Assembly: GCF_964204645.1 (NCBI RefSeq)
Contig: NC_134033.1
Span: 8,936,655 to 9,000,654, forward strand
Length of the DNA stretch: 64,000 nucleotides
Direction of reading: 5' to 3'
DNA from: Tubulanus polymorphus
Lineage: Eukaryota > Animalia > Nemertea
Below the pieces are notes generated by a model. It was not told where the DNA came from. It ran no database searches and worked only from the letters and a program-made list of their open reading frames with translations. Both the position numbers and the translations under genes were made by a program. Positions within the stretch are counted from its first letter, which is position 1. Each line of letters begins with the position of its first letter. This document shows, piece by piece, positions 11,141 to 25,339 of this stretch.

Positions 11141-11304
11141 CATTCTACATCTTTGTCAATAATATTTTGCCAAATAGCTTGTATGTGTACACATAGACCT
11201 GTGACGTTTTGCGCATCGATTTACGGTTGTCGTTTGTAAAATGACGCCGAATGGTTAACATTGTTTAGGTTTCATAATAGTAACGTTTTATAAGGCGTCA
11301 AAAA
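11141..11304 (-). repeat. ~165-bp interspersed repeat, copy 2
   Basis: Inverted relative to copy 1, with the same boundaries. Confidence 0.8.
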
Positions 11305-11621
11305 TGGCCGATTTTGCGTACAGAGAGGGAGGGGGGTTGAAAAATTCAAATTTTATTGAACAGAACGGTTGAAGATACTACTGATTTACTTTGGAATTAC
11401 CACACATAAAAAGCTTCATGTATTTGAACTAAATGAATTTACAAAAAATAGAACAACCAAAATGCACATGGCATTTCAAAAACTATTTAACACATTAAAT
11501 TAACATTTTTAACATTCCTGACCCGATCTCCTTTGCTTTTTTAAAGCTGACGCCCAAGCAAGAGATATCATAGTTGCCCCAGTTGAACTATCAAACAGTG
11601 AACTAGAGAAATCAGCCTTAA

Positions 11622-13073
11622 AGGGTAAATTACACTTTTTAAAAGATTTTCTACTTTTTACACTAAACGATGGATAATAGTATACAATAAGGCTAGGTGA
11701 TTTCATAATTGGAAAATTCTATTCAATCTAGTCAGAATTGATGATTTAGATGTTCGCGCACCTGTTCAGTGTAAACATTGTTTCTGCTGAACGCGTGGTA
11801 CGGGTCTATTAATAGAACTACTTCACTAAAGGGACGACTCGGAAATGATGTCTATAGAAATGAAAAGGAAATAAGCTACAAAAGCAATTTAACTAAATTT
11901 CATACCTATTTGGCAATCGAATTCAGACAAAACGCTTCTTGATTTTGAAAGTCTAGATATCAATGATTATAATTAGCTGTTGAACAGACCACATCCGCTC
12001 AACATCCAGTTAAACTAAGCGCAAAAATAGAATTTGAATAGCAATCCATGGCATTTTCTAGAAGACAGCAAGGAACACGGATGTATTAATCATCATTTTG
12101 GATTATCATTTAGTGATAGTAAGTAAGATCATGGTTAGATCTAATACCGAGGATATTTTGAACTTATGAACTGATGAATCTTAAGACAGAATAAGCCGCA
12201 GGAATGATTAAAATTCTTTGCTTGAAATACACCTCGCATTGGTAGCAGCTTTGGTCACGAAAAAATATTTCCTCATCCATCCTATTCTGAATTTTAAAAA
12301 TAATGTTTGCGTAAGATTTGTGATGTAATCTCTCAAAACTATTCTGCAGTATGAAACTTGAATCGAAAAACATTTTTCCTTAGAATATTTGTTGTAAAGG
12401 CTGTAGAAATTTATTGACCGTTTTTGTAACGTTAGAATTTTGAAGTTAGTTTTCAAACTACTTAAATGACAATGAAAAATAGTAAATAGTAAACGAATAT
12501 CAATTTATTTATTCTTTAGTGAGATCGAAATCTGTGAATGCTTATAAGACACTGTACAGTATGCTTGTGGTGATGAACTATAGGTGAACTAAGGAACTGC
12601 AGTAAATGGTGAGAGCTTAGCATAGTGTACTTTAATAGCTTCATAGCAGCGGATTGAAATCAGCAACTTCAATTTGATCGATTTAGCGTGTTAAAATTAC
12701 TCATCGATTCTTTGAAATAGGTTTATGCAATAGACAATAGATCCTTCCACCTCCCTGGTCAGTTTCAAAGCTGTAAAACCATCTGGCATCTTGAGATATA
12801 ACAGAAAATACACGCAGTTTCCTCAAAATTCAACACATTTCTATAGACACTATTTTTCAGCTGTCCCTTAAATGACGTTGCAGCGCGCACCTGCTGATTT
12901 AGCCGATGCTAAATGCCGCAGTAAGCGATGTAAACGAAATGCGGTCAGAAATCGTGTAACAAAATCACAAATTGCGCGTAAACTAAACAGTTTTGAACAG
13001 AACGGTTGAAGATAAGTGTACAGATCAATAGAATACATCAGTTTTTGAAATTTAAAAAAGTGTCAGTTACCCT
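11622..13073. mobile_element. Kolobok-type non-autonomous DNA transposon
   Basis: TTAA TSD (11618-21, 13074-77). TIRs AGGGTAAATTACACTTTTT / AAAAAGTGTCAGTTACCCT. Confidence 0.65.
11830..12868. mobile_element. Nested second Kolobok-like MITE
   Basis: TIRs AGGGAC...TGTCTATAGAAATG / CATTTCTATAGACA...GTCCCT. TTAA-like flanks are degenerate. Confidence 0.55.
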
Positions 13074-14342
13074 TTAAGGTGAGATTTTTTATAGTGGCAT
13101 TAAGTGCTGGCGTAAATCATCTCATAGTTGCAAAAATGGCAGATATCTAATTGAGGTACTGGTTCTGAAAGTTGAAATAAGTGAAGTTTTAGCGTTTTCA
13201 CTATGGAAGGAGATAATTTTTGCGAATGGATAAAACCAGTAGGCCAATTAACGGCAACGTATCATCAATAGGCCTATTGCCCTTTGAATTGACCTCTCAA
13301 CTTCGATCGATAGTACTGGTGGCTAGTTTTCTTTGACATGCATTTCCTTGATATACACATTCTTTTCCCTCACCCGATCTGCAAAGGATCTGCAACGAAT
13401 CTGATTAATTAACACAACCAAATTTCGATTTAACGCGCCATCTAGCTGTCTCAACGTACAACTTTCTCTGACTTTTCCCCTAATTTCTAGCTTTTTTTTT
13501 TACAAAATTTCCTGACTTCCAGGTAAAATTTTACCGTGTAGTTGCTTTGTTAATTCTCAACCGATTAACTTCAAATCAACATTAATACAAACTGCAAGAG
13601 ACTACTGTAGAGGAACTGTGCTGGCCTGGTGTAGAATAAGTTTCATATGATACAGCGATATGGGACTTCATGGCATTAGAGACACTATGAGTGTTGTTCG
13701 GTCAACGGCAGGATTACTTGCTACGATGCCTATATGGTCTCCGACGATAAAAATATGCTTGTGTTTAGATTGTTTGAGTTTTAGATTTTACACGCATTCA
13801 ATAAATGAATGATCCACAGTTAACTAAGGTTCAGAATGGTACATGACAGCTTCTGGGACTATGATATTACATAGTTGTAAATTACATAATACACTAGTAG
13901 CGAAAGCTTGCGCATCAAATAAACTAGTTAATTCTTTAAGTACTATTCATCTTGTATGTATTCTACACCAGGTTGACATGGGTCCTCTACCAATCTTCTG
14001 ATAGTGAATACCGTAATACGTAACAAATACTTATTTGTAATACTATAATACTGTAATACTTTAACGTCCATGAACACAGTCTTTCGTAGTCTACCAGTGA
14101 AGGCGTTTACTATAGTAGCAATTTGTTAAAAAAAGGTGGATGAATGAAGCCACCAACCCTGGACCTATCAGAATAAAGATCAATACGGACAGGTGGAAGT
14201 TTTAACTACATAAGGTCCGCAGATGAAGCAACTATTTTTCATTTTTTAATTCAAGTTCCTTTTCCGATTGATTTGAAGAAACATTCATCTCTTTGACTTT
14301 CTTCATCAGCGACCTAGGTAAAAAGGAGAAATAGTTTAGATT

Positions 14343-16008
14343 AATAAATTGCCCATGGGCAAAGTGTGGTTTACCTTGAAAAAGCTAGAGGTTGTTTGGA
14401 GCAAGGGCATTATTTATGGAAAATCTTTTTAATTCGTGACTTGAAAGTTCTATAAGTTTATATTGTATTTTATCTTTCTCAAAGAATTATTTTGTAGTTA
14501 AATCAGACCAAAGGTATACATTGTTTACGGTCAACGTACAACATTTCGTAGGGTACATATAAGCATGGCAGGGAAACTATTTTATATTTTGAAAAAATAT
14601 TTTTCACAATATGAAAAAATATTAGAAAAAAATTCATGTCACCAATCAGAGGGTGGCTGATTATCGAGTCTTGGAAATCTCTTTCAATGTATGGCTGCGG
14701 AAGCTAAAATACCAGGTCTAGGTCTGGATATAATATTCAGACCTAGACCTACTTTACTGCTTAGTATTTTTCAGGTCACAAGAAATTACTATTTATTACA
14801 AATTCTATCACACAGGAAACACAGCGCTCATCTTCTGCTATAAAAGGTTAAATGATTATTCATAAGGCCATCCCAAAATAATGGTCTGTTTGCCGACTCG
14901 AACGACCCGACTGCAAAGGTGCACAGTGAAAACTTTTTTCTGGGACTCATTGAAATAGATTTTTGTATAAAACAGCGGACCCACTGCCGATGTATGAGCT
15001 ACGTATGTTTGAAGTATGAAAACATGCCTTGCCGTGTGGCCTAGTTTAAGTTTTTCAGGAAACTGGCAGTGTTCCAATAAGCTGAGACTCATTCTTAGTG
15101 ACTACATTTAAGCTGGTAACGTAAAAGCGCGTATAAATTCAATGTACTATTTCATTTTGAACACAGAGATGACGCTCTGGATGAAGTTATGATTTTAGAA
15201 GTATTCTTGAAATCTAGGCTAAATACAAATCTCCCGTGCACAACGCAGATTTTTTCCAAGTAAGAAAAGGTGATAAATTTGTTTTTTACCAGAAATTTTG
15301 CAAAAAAATTTCTACCTACCTACCGACTCATCCTGAAAACTTGAGTCGGTGTTACGGCAAACAGACAATTATTTGGGATGGCCTAAAGTGTATTTTCATG
15401 TCAAACGTGCACGTGGCCAGCAAGCAGCGTCGCATTATCACTAGCTATATAGTAGAGTATACTGTACAAGTGTTGGTTTAACAATCTAATGCACTTCGTG
15501 CGCACGTGGAGGCCTTACCTAAAGTGAATGTTCTCTTACACTTCACTGACAATCAAAACAATCACCGGGGATTAAAATGAAACAATAACTATGGCGGATA
15601 TGTGAAATAATTATATTTTCACCAGCAATGAGCATTTGGAATTCGCAAGTTTACGGCACCTAGTCCAATCAAATGTTCGCCATTTATAGCTTTCCCGTGG
15701 TTATTTTAGTAGCGCCGGAATTCCCCGTATATCCCAGAAACAGCCAATCACATTCGCTCATAGAGACATCGCCCCCCCCCAATCGAGGTCATTGCAATTT
15801 TATATGCAAGAGCTAAGAATTTTCCCGCCAAAAACAGTTTTTCGTAGAGATGTCATCGATGGAGGTTCGCCATGTCTTCAATCGCATCGATTATACGTCG
15901 TTTAGGCTGAGAACCAATACAACATATGCTCACATAAAAAACGTACCGCGATTTTACATGCATTGGTTCAATGCCAACTTCATATCGCTGACAAAGGTAA
16001 ACCAAAAA
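14343..16008 (-). mobile_element. HINE family B, copy 1
   Basis: Hairpin TTGCCCATGGGCAA plus subTIR GGTTTACCTT at the left and AAGGTAAACCAAAAA at the right. Homologous to the copies at 23201, 45166 and 55761. Confidence 0.8.
14866..15383. mobile_element. PIF/Harbinger-type MITE nested in HINE B
   Basis: TAA TSD. TIRs GGCCATCCCAAAATAATGGTCTGTTTGCCG / CGGCAAACAGACAATTATTTGGGATGGCC. Confidence 0.75.
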
Positions 16009-16899
16009 CCGAGGGATCAACTACCATTTCTGCCATAGTTTTAAACCAATTAAAAAATTGAGTAGGAGGGTCAAGGTAAATCGTCTTAGGAGTTACGGTA
16101 GTTCTAATGAGACTGAGTGCAAAGGCGGATTTAGGGAGTGGATTAGTCCTACCCTTCAGAATTTGAATGTGCACACCAAAAAGTCTGGAAAATATTTTTT
16201 GCATAGATTTTTGAAGGAGAAAAATGAATCCAAATGTTGAGGGCCATAAAATACAGAATCTGCCCGTTTCATATTGGGCGTCCATTTCAATTTGCAGGTC
16301 CCACCATTCAAAGAATCCTAGATGTGCCCATGGAATAATCATAAGTTGAGGTAAGGCAACCATGAAATGTAAATTGCCCATGGGCAAAATGGTTTACCTT
16401 AAAAACAGGGGCACATGTTTTCCAAAACAAAACATGTTTTCCAAGGGCATTGCCTCTTTCAGAGTTTTTAACATTCAAAGTGCATGTTTATATTACATTT
16501 TATCTTTTCCACAAATCATTCCATAGACAAAAAGGCCAAAAATACACGCATCACACCACAATCATAGAACATCTCATGAGTTACAAATTTGGGATCAATT
16601 GTGGTAAAAAAATAAGTACTAATATGCTATGGAAATACCAAGTTATTGTACTACTCATTGCTTCCTGGTAACCTTATCAATGAACAAATGACCTTGAAAC
16701 TCAATGATCATAGAACATGTCAAGAGCTACAACTTTGTAATTGAATGTCGTCACAAAATATGCATAGGTACCATTTGGTGCCATCATAAACCACGTTATG
16801 AGCTATATGTGCTAACATTGTGCTTTTTTTGTTCTCTGGTTTTTAAAAACTACTGAACCAATGGCTGTTAACGAACCTAACTGGCCCGAAACATCTCGT

Positions 16900-18060
16900 A
16901 AATAAATGGATAAGAACATGGAAGGAGCCCCAAAAAGTTCCTTTGCAGATCTAATCAAAAGAAGCGCCTTTGAAGGCAGATCAAGATGAAGCCAGTGATT
17001 TGACCAGATGTGAAAACTGCTTCCTTGGACTCTGGAGCTCCTTCCCTATTCAGAGCCTCTTTAATCAAGGTCACAATCCACCTTGCCACGGTATCCCTAG
17101 AGATATCATCCTCTGAATTCTACTTCTGAGATAAAAACAACCTTTCTCTACCCTTCCTAAAAGGTCATGTGTGAGCTAAATAAGCTTTGAGAGCCCTGAC
17201 TGGGCAGAGAGCGCCATCTGGTAATCATCCAAAACCCCGTAATTTGAAACCGGTATCGTCCATGACCTTCCTGCGAAAGTGGATTTTTGGTTCTTGGCCA
17301 ACAACTGAAGCCCAGGCCTCAAGGTGAGCGAACGACCATGTGGACCAAAAACTACATGGCAGCCTCACTGACAAGGCATCGATCTCAGACCTCTGAGCTA
17401 CCAAAGCCAAGCATAAAAAAATTACCGCAGCGCGGTCTTCCTTGTCAGTCTTGCCAATGAAAGACTGTCCAAAGGCCCCGAAGGGTGCTCCATCAAGTAT
17501 TTCAGAACCGCAAATCTCACGGGGAACCTCCCTCAATGCATGGCCCCTGAATCGAAAAACCCACAACTAACTGAGCTATTCTAGGACCATGTGACTGATG
17601 GGTGACACCGGGCACATAGCCGACACCGGACACCTGGCATTGAACCTGGTCGCAAATAGTTCCACAACAGGATGACCCATCAGAGCCTTAGCCCTGTCTG
17701 CCACGGATTGGTGAAGTACCCATTCCGCCAGGAAAGCCTTGTCCCGAATAAAGAGGACGTCTGCTACAATGTTCTGCGGCCGGCCAGGTGAGACACCGAC
17801 AATAGAATGATGTGGGCGTGAGACCACAACAAGACTGTCGTCGTCAGAGATGTCAGCAGGGACGACCGGGTGCCTCCCTGATTTTTCAGATAGTCTCTGA
17901 CTGTTGTGTTGTCTGTTACTACCCAAACATGATGGCCGTCAAACCTTTGCAAAATATTTCAGGGCCTTCATAACTGCCAGAAGTTCGAGGTAGTTTACAT
18001 GACATGTTGTCTCTTTCTGGTCGAGCAGGCCCCCCGCCTTTCATGACTCCTCGACGTTAG
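16900..18060 (-). mobile_element. Degenerate DIRS retrotransposon (RNase H, MT-like and tyrosine recombinase fragments)
   Basis: TDNTTVRDYLKNQGGTRS...LLW...SHLAG (RNase H); ELFATRFNARCP (MT); LALVAQRSEIDALS and DISRDTVARWI (YR). Confidence 0.8.
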
Positions 18061-18109
18061 CCACCAGCCATAATGGCTTGCTCGGCCCTGTATACAGGTA
18101 AACTTGCGC

Positions 18110-18453
18110 CCCGAGCTGGGCACAGTAATGATATCACAAGCCAGAGGAAAAATGGGCTCTATAGCTCCATAGCCAATGAAGTCAATGCAGTTGATGGGAA
18201 TAACCGAACCATCGACCAGCTAAAAGAGAAATGGCACGGTTTGAAGAAATGTGTAAAAAAAGCATGCATCCTACGAAGCTGCCGTGTGCTGAGAACAGGG
18301 CAAGACCAGCGCCAATTGTATTACGTTCAGAAATCCTACTACGAGGAGAAATTGGAACTTCACAGGATACAAATACACCAACAACCGGTATCGCAGTCCA
18401 AGACAGATATCCACAATGACATAAATAATGGAAATACGTATAAACAACTGTGA
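18110..18453 (+). pseudogene. Myb/SANT-like DNA-binding protein relic (Harbinger accessory ORF)
   Basis: ITSQRKNGLYSSIANEVNAVDGNNRTIDQLKEKWHGLKK, convergent with the Harbinger transposase relic. Confidence 0.7.
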
Positions 18454-18717
18454 AGACTGAATAAATCTCGTGATATGAGTCGTATTATTTCGTCCTTTAT
18501 TTTCACAAAGTGTTTCAATGAATATAATCGTTTTATACAATTATACATCAATTCATTGTGTTCAGCTTATGACTCATATGATTTTTGCAAAAGACTAATT
18601 TCCAAGTGTGTGAAGGATACATATAAGGTTTTAAAAGGCTGACCGTAAATGTATCAAACACAAAATCTGGGTTTTTTTTCAAAAGCTACCGTAAAACTTA
18701 AATACCAACTATATGCA

Positions 18718-19750
18718 TTAATCACGTTGCATAAATAGTCGGCGAACGATATTGTCTCTGGCTGGAAAAGCATGACCTGGTTCACAGTGTATGTCCTCAT
18801 CATTTACGGCAGGCTCAAAGTTTAGGCCCTCCCAATGCCCATCGGCTAATGTAAAGTTATGCAGTGTGGCACATGCTGCTATCACCTTTGATGCACGATC
18901 CGGTTGAAACATTATCTTCTTCATTAGGCAACGCTATCGCATTTTCGATATGCTGTTGCATCTCTCAACATTTGATCTTATATGCATATGCGTATTATCA
19001 TAAGCTATTTGTGGCATGAAAACCTTTCCGATTCACATATGCAAACTCATTTGCTGGAGGAGCTGGTGATAAAACCAGTATTTGCGTACCATTAATTAAT
19101 CCCACAATTCTCGGGGAATCATACTTTTAATGAAACTTTTGAATTGATAGTCGCATTCCTTGTTCATCAGGCGAAATTACTAAGTCATCAATCCTGTTGG
19201 CCAATGCACCCTACACTGAGTGTACTGCGTTACTAGCAGAATGCTCGGACACTCCGTGCATGTCACCGATCATTGACATATATCCACCTTGAGGTAAATA
19301 ACGCAATGCCACACACAGTTGTAGGTCTGCGTCTAAAGCTTAGTTTCTGAAAAAAAGAGAAATTTTAGAAAGAATGAATTTGAACTCTCTTGAATCTTTT
19401 TTATTAGTGGTAAATCTTTTCCGAGTCTACATAGGTATAATATTTCACCAACACTAACGTCGTTTAATCCTCAGAAATGGGGAGTTCAAACATTAGGAAA
19501 GCGTCGATTTCAAAATGATAACTTATTCTTTTTGAGGCTGAGGAACTCGGAATTTTGAATTTTTTGAATGGTTGGTGTGACAGACAATAGTTAACAATAT
19601 TTAGGATTTTAAACACTCACCCGTGTGTAGCACATTCTATATCGGGCGTTATGATGTCTAGTAAATCGTAGAATTTACATTTTCCCATCCGGTATCTATC
19701 AAACAAGAGACCTCCATGACGCAGTAGAAGAATGATCCAGTATTCAAAGT
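18718..19750 (-). pseudogene. Harbinger (HARBI1-like) DDE transposase relic with a putative intron at 19347-19620
   Basis: DRYRMGK..FYDLLDIITPDI; LQLCVALRYL..G....IGDMHGVS; YD.TH..IRSNVERC; PDRASKVIAACATLHNF. GTGAGT donor and ttttcag acceptor. Contains stops and frameshifts. Confidence 0.75.
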
Positions 19751-19901
19751 TTTATAGAAAGATTTACATTGTTACAATTTAACAAGTTTCAAAATAGTTC
19801 AGATGGTACAGACTGTGTGGCGATAATGTTCTTTTACTGTTAATATATCGTAATACGAAAAGACAAGCCCATTTTAGCTGCCCCAAAGATTACACTACAT
19901 G

Positions 19902-21169
19902 AAACTAGGGGTCCAGGGACACCATGCCCACTTGGGAAGTGGTTCCAAATGCTCAACAATCTAACAATTTCAATATTTGACGCCCCCTGATGACCATATA
20001 CGAAAACCAATGACCTTGAAACTCACAACAATCATAGATAATGTCAGCAGCTACAAATTTGTAATTGATTGTGATAACAAAATATGCCTCGTTACCAATT
20101 TAATATGGAAATACTAAGTTATTCTACTACTAGGTGACCATATTTGAAAAACCCAATAACCTTGTTACCCACCACAATCATAGAACATGTCATGAACTAC
20201 AACTTTGCAATTGATCATGGTAACAAAATATGCCTAGGTACCAATATAATAAGGAAATACTAAGTTATTCTACTATTCAACGCCCCTGGTGACCATATAG
20301 AATAGCTAATTTCCTTAAAACTCACCACAATCATAGACAATGTCATGAGCTACAACTTTGCAATCGATTGTGGTAACAAAATATGTGTTGGTACAAATAT
20401 AATATAGAAATACTATGAGATATTGTATCATTCAACGCCCCCTGGTGGCCATATACAAAAACCAATGAACTTGAAAATCACCACAATCATAGAACACGTT
20501 ATAAGCTACAACTTTCTAATTCATTGTTGTAACAAAATATTCTTAGGTATCAATATAATGTGGAAAAACTTTTCCCACCTACGAATGAGTACTGATGACA
20601 CCAAGATGGCCGTCAATTGCGCCATTATTGGCTGATCAAAAATACCTGTCTCAGGTATGAAACATGCCTTTCCAAAGAATACCCATCAGCAATTGCAATG
20701 AGAAATGGCAAACCAGTAGGAAGCTACAGGACTCGGGCCAATATTAACATTTTTGGGCACTTAAAAGGTCATAGGACGACCATCTTGAGTCCGATCGACC
20801 CAATTTTTCTAATGCTGATGGGCCCTGGAGGGGTTCAAATATATACAAAAGATCAAGGTAGTTGAACAAGGCATCTTCAAAATTTCCCTAAAAAAGTTCA
20901 AAAACGAGTATAAAGTGCTGATTTTGGCGAACAACAATGGCTGCCAGTCGGCCATCTTGATTCTGACAGGGCCAGTTTTTTGGCTGAAGATGTGTCTAGG
21001 GTAGATACATGCATAAACCAAATATAAAGACATTACCTTGAAGCGTCTTCAAAACTTCCCAAAATAACTGGATTCCGTCTGCGGATGGACGGACGGACGG
21101 ACGGACGGACGATGGACGAAAAGTGAACGCAATAGCCCGCAGGGACTTAAGTCCCAAGTGGGCTAAAAA
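19902..21169 (-). mobile_element. HINE family A, copy 1 (complete)
   Basis: On the minus strand it reads TTTTTAGCCCACTTG + hairpin + (GTCC)n microsatellite, a central ~156-bp tandem array, then 3' subTIR CAAGTGGGC + hairpin + CTAGTTT. Confidence 0.85.
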
Positions 21170-22769
21170 TGCATTAAGAATTCGTGTAGGCATCGTGCTG
21201 AAAAGAAATCCAAGATGGATAGCACCCCTGGCGGCCATACTTGAATTCAATTTTCAATAAGGGGTAGACATTTCGCCTACCAAAATTCTTACACCTAGTA
21301 TCATGAAAATGCATCAATAATTGAAGGCCGTTTCGTGCGTGAAATTCAAGATGGCTGACCTGGCGCCCATTTCAGAAAGCTGGTGATCCCCATATATAAT
21401 AGGCATGGACAGCTTACCTACCCTGATCCTCACAACAAATTGTGCGGAAAACCATCAAGAATTGCGGGCTGCATCGTGCAAACAAGAAATTCAAGATGGC
21501 CACCCCAATGGCAGCCATATTTGATCACCAATGACCTTTTTTACAATAGGGGTGGACATCTCGCCAGACCCAATCTTCAAGCTAATTTCAGAAAGATTAG
21601 GCTAACAGGTCTTACAAGTGGGCTTTAAAGGTGCGGTTGACTTCTAATTCATTGCAAAAATCAATTCATATCTTCTAGGGTCCTGTCCTTCTGGTGCTAT
21701 GACCTATTTCATCGAACCAATTCATTGAAAATTGCGAGTGAACACAACATGCCGCTGGTCCCTAGGGTGCTAAAAATTAGGCACTTACTTTTCGTGGTGA
21801 ATGGATAAATGATAGACCGATCCCACCAACAAAGACGTCAGGAGACCAGCTGGACTCGCTTTTCTAAAAAGTATAATACATGAAAGTGTTAACGATAGAT
21901 TGATCACGAATCAATTAAATGTTGTTGAGAATCCCCTTATGATTCAAACACTATAGGACCAAAGGTCCTGTCCTCTTGAGTTTCTATTTTCATAATCTTA
22001 ATGTAAATACGTATATCACTTCTCTTTTAATGATACAGATTTGTTTATTTTTACAAGTGCCCTGGAGCACTTCAGCCAGTCTGTAGTATCATCTATTGTT
22101 TTCATAAAATAGCAATATCTTCTAAAACTGTGTAATTGTTTTTTTCAACACAGAAAATGCTTGGCAGGAACAAATACTTCCTACAGATTTGTTTTCTCCG
22201 ACAAATTATGCTGATTTTTTGGCTGAATAAAATTCAACTAAATTGGGTACCCAGCCGCTTCATATTTTGATTTGATTTAATCACTATGACTATCAAATCC
22301 TCATATGAAATTTGAAACTCATACTGCACCAATCAGAGCGTGTTACTCCACTACGCCTGAGATATCAGAGTAAAATATGGTTAGAAAGATCGACAGCTAT
22401 GAGGATTGCAAGGTGCTGTTCACACTGTGTAATGTAGTCATCTGCATATTTATTGACTAGGTAAAATGAATTAATCTGAACAAATTCTTGATAACTTATT
22501 ACAGTATTTGAAAATCCTTAACAAGCTGGCCCTAGGCGACAACAGTTCTCGAGCTCAGGCTCATACCAAAGTTCAAAATCACCCTGTGTAAGTTCCCATA
22601 GCATTTTGGATATGTTGTAACCTGGTACAGATGTAACCTGGTACTAAATTTTTTCAAGACGTTTGAATTTCGACCCCATTCCTCAGTTATGAGGTCATAT
22701 TGTACTGGACCCATTTTTGCACTGCAGAACTAGACCCCGTACTAACATATTACCAAGATTATCAAAATT

Positions 22770-23200
22770 GACATCTTCAGTTTTCGGAATATTTTTTGAA
22801 TCATCACTTTATGTATATGTTAATGGACATATTTCCAAAAAGAGCTATCATATACATGAATTCAATACTGTGAGTGTTGAATTCCAAACAAACTTGGCAA
22901 AACAATTTTTTTGGCAAAAGTACATGGGAAAGTTGTCCAGACAATTTTAAACATGATTCTGTTGTAGGCATACTAAAAAGTGATGTACAAATAGCAAATG
23001 CTTTTAATAATTATTTTGTTTCCATAGGGCCGAATTTAGCAAAAAATACAGCGAAAACTTCAGCAGTCAATTTTGATAATCTTTTAATTGACTCGAATGA
23101 TAAAAATATATTCTTCAACCCTACCTCAGCGATTGAAATTTGCTAAGGCAAGGAAACTTAAAAATACTACTAGTTCAGATGGTATTAGCCAGAAAATATT
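22770..23200 (+). pseudogene. Old CR1/L2-type LINE ORF2 fragment (pre-RT region)
   Basis: IANAFNNYFVSIGPNLA...IFFNPTS..EI. Continues at ~25340. Confidence 0.7.
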
Positions 23201-24870
23201 AAATAAATTGCATATGGGCAAAGTGTGGCTTACCTTGAAAGCTAGAGGTTGTTTGGAGCAAGGGCATTGCTTATAAAAAATCTTTTTAAGTCGTGACTTC
23301 AAAGTTCTTTAAGTTTATATTGTATTCTATCTTTCTCAGAGGATTATTTTGTAGTCAAATAAGACCAAAAATATACTTTTGTTTACGGTCAACCAGTGTT
23401 TTCATTAATAGCCGGGTGTCGGGTCCCTGACCCGTCTGTCAATCTTTAAAGACCCTGCTGATTTTTCAAAGCGACATCGTTCCCAAACGGCCATATCATA
23501 AGTATTTGTGAATATATGCTTCACACACGTATCACTCAGACTACTGCCGCGTGGTTTGACTCTACTGACTATTGCTAGTTATGAGAAAAAAGGCGCCTCG
23601 ATACGTGTGGCCCAGTTTAAGTTTTCCAAGAAATTGGCAATGTTCCAATCAGCTGTCGAAGCTGGAAGTGCCGCGCATGTTGCCTGTTGCTACGGGATTT
23701 TGTTCGTAGCAGGCCTTGCAATCATTGAATTATTAAAAGGGAAATTCAAGGTCTTAAATTCAACAATGGTTTTCAAAATCGATTTAGGGCCTTAAATTTA
23801 AAAAATGTTGCAAATCTATAGATCTATGATTGTTTTTGTAATGATGGAAATCGTGGAAACAGTGTGACGATGTTTAATACAGATATATAAATTGTATTGA
23901 TTTCTTTTTCAATGTTGTACGGAAGGTGTCTATTTTGAGTTATTGGGGAAAACTTACTACCACAAATATCCATGATAAATCATCATGCAGTTGTGTGTGA
24001 TTTCAGGGAGATCTTGTCCTTTGACGGATTTTCATACAAATTTCTTGGTTCAAGGGGACACATGTTAGGCTTTAATCACTGGAGCCCGGATCCCCTTTGA
24101 ATTCATCATATCTAACTTTAAAACCAACTTTTCCCTGATAATTCCGTCTTGATTTATGATCTAATCATTTGAAAAAAGTAAGATTTCTCATCATTTGAAT
24201 TCAATGCAATCCAGTTTTCATTCTTTATTTTTCTGCAGTCCTTCCAAGATTTTACACAGAAAATACTCAAAGAAGGAAGCTATGATCCCTTACACTTTGA
24301 TAGATCTGTAATCTTAAAAAATAACATTTTATATGAGATTGTAAATCAGTACAATCAGTCATAAATCAGTGATACTGTGCGTGTGTGCGTGCGTAAGTGA
24401 ATGTTCGCTTACACTTCAATTTCAATCAAAACAATCACCGGGTATTAAAATGAAACAATACCTATGGCGGATATGTGAAATAATTATATTCTCACCAGCA
24501 ATGAGCATTTGGAATTTGCAAGTTTGTGGCATCAAGTCCAATCAAACGTTTCCTTTTATGGCTTTCCCATAATTATTTTAGTAGCACCGGAATTCCCTGT
24601 ACATCCCAAAAACAGCCAATCACATTTGCTCGTAAAGACGACACCCCAAAATGTGGTCATCGCAATTTTATACCCAAGAGCTTAGAATTTTCCCGCCAAA
24701 AACAGTTTTTCGGTGAATCATAACAAAGTTGACCATGTCATCGAGAAAGGTTTGCTGTGTCTGCAATCGCAACGATTATACAGCGTTTAGGCCAAGAACC
24801 AATGAAACATATGCTTAAAAAAAAACGTACCGCGATTTTACATAATTGGCTCAACGTATATTTCAAGATG
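23201..24870 (-). mobile_element. HINE family B, copy 2 (internally replaced and degenerate)
   Basis: 23201-23392 and 24390-24870 align with the other family B copies. Confidence 0.7.
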
Positions 24871-25339
24871 ACTGATGACGCTGGTCGTCAGACACCCGAC
24901 GCATATCGTCTTAGAAAGTGATCATGGAGAGAATTTTATGATGTGCCGTACTACATGTATTTCATAATGTACATCTACTACCCATGTTATATAGTGGAAA
25001 CTCGATGACAGGTGATATTTTTTATCATTGTTCATCGAAGCATGAACCCTTTACGGCTGGCTGGTTACCGATTTGATTCCTTATTTTTGTCACCAAGGCT
25101 ACGCGATTTACTGTGAATTATCGTGGATTATCGAGAATATTCTAACCACTGGTGTATAATATCTAATAAGGAGGAAGAGGAGATGACTGATAACCTGTCC
25201 AATCTCTCAAAGTCCCAGAGAAAACGATGTCGGAGAATGACAGGGACTAGTGAGGACGAAAGCCAAGTTGATTCAAAACAGAGATAATAGATCTCACCAA
25301 CGAGGAACTATCTAAACAGTGGTCAGAAATTACGAAACT

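Noticed and set aside
14180-14314. Possible minus-strand host exon with a good acceptor; a similar case lies near 42525
   Set aside because: No recognisable product, no linked exons and no clear donor.
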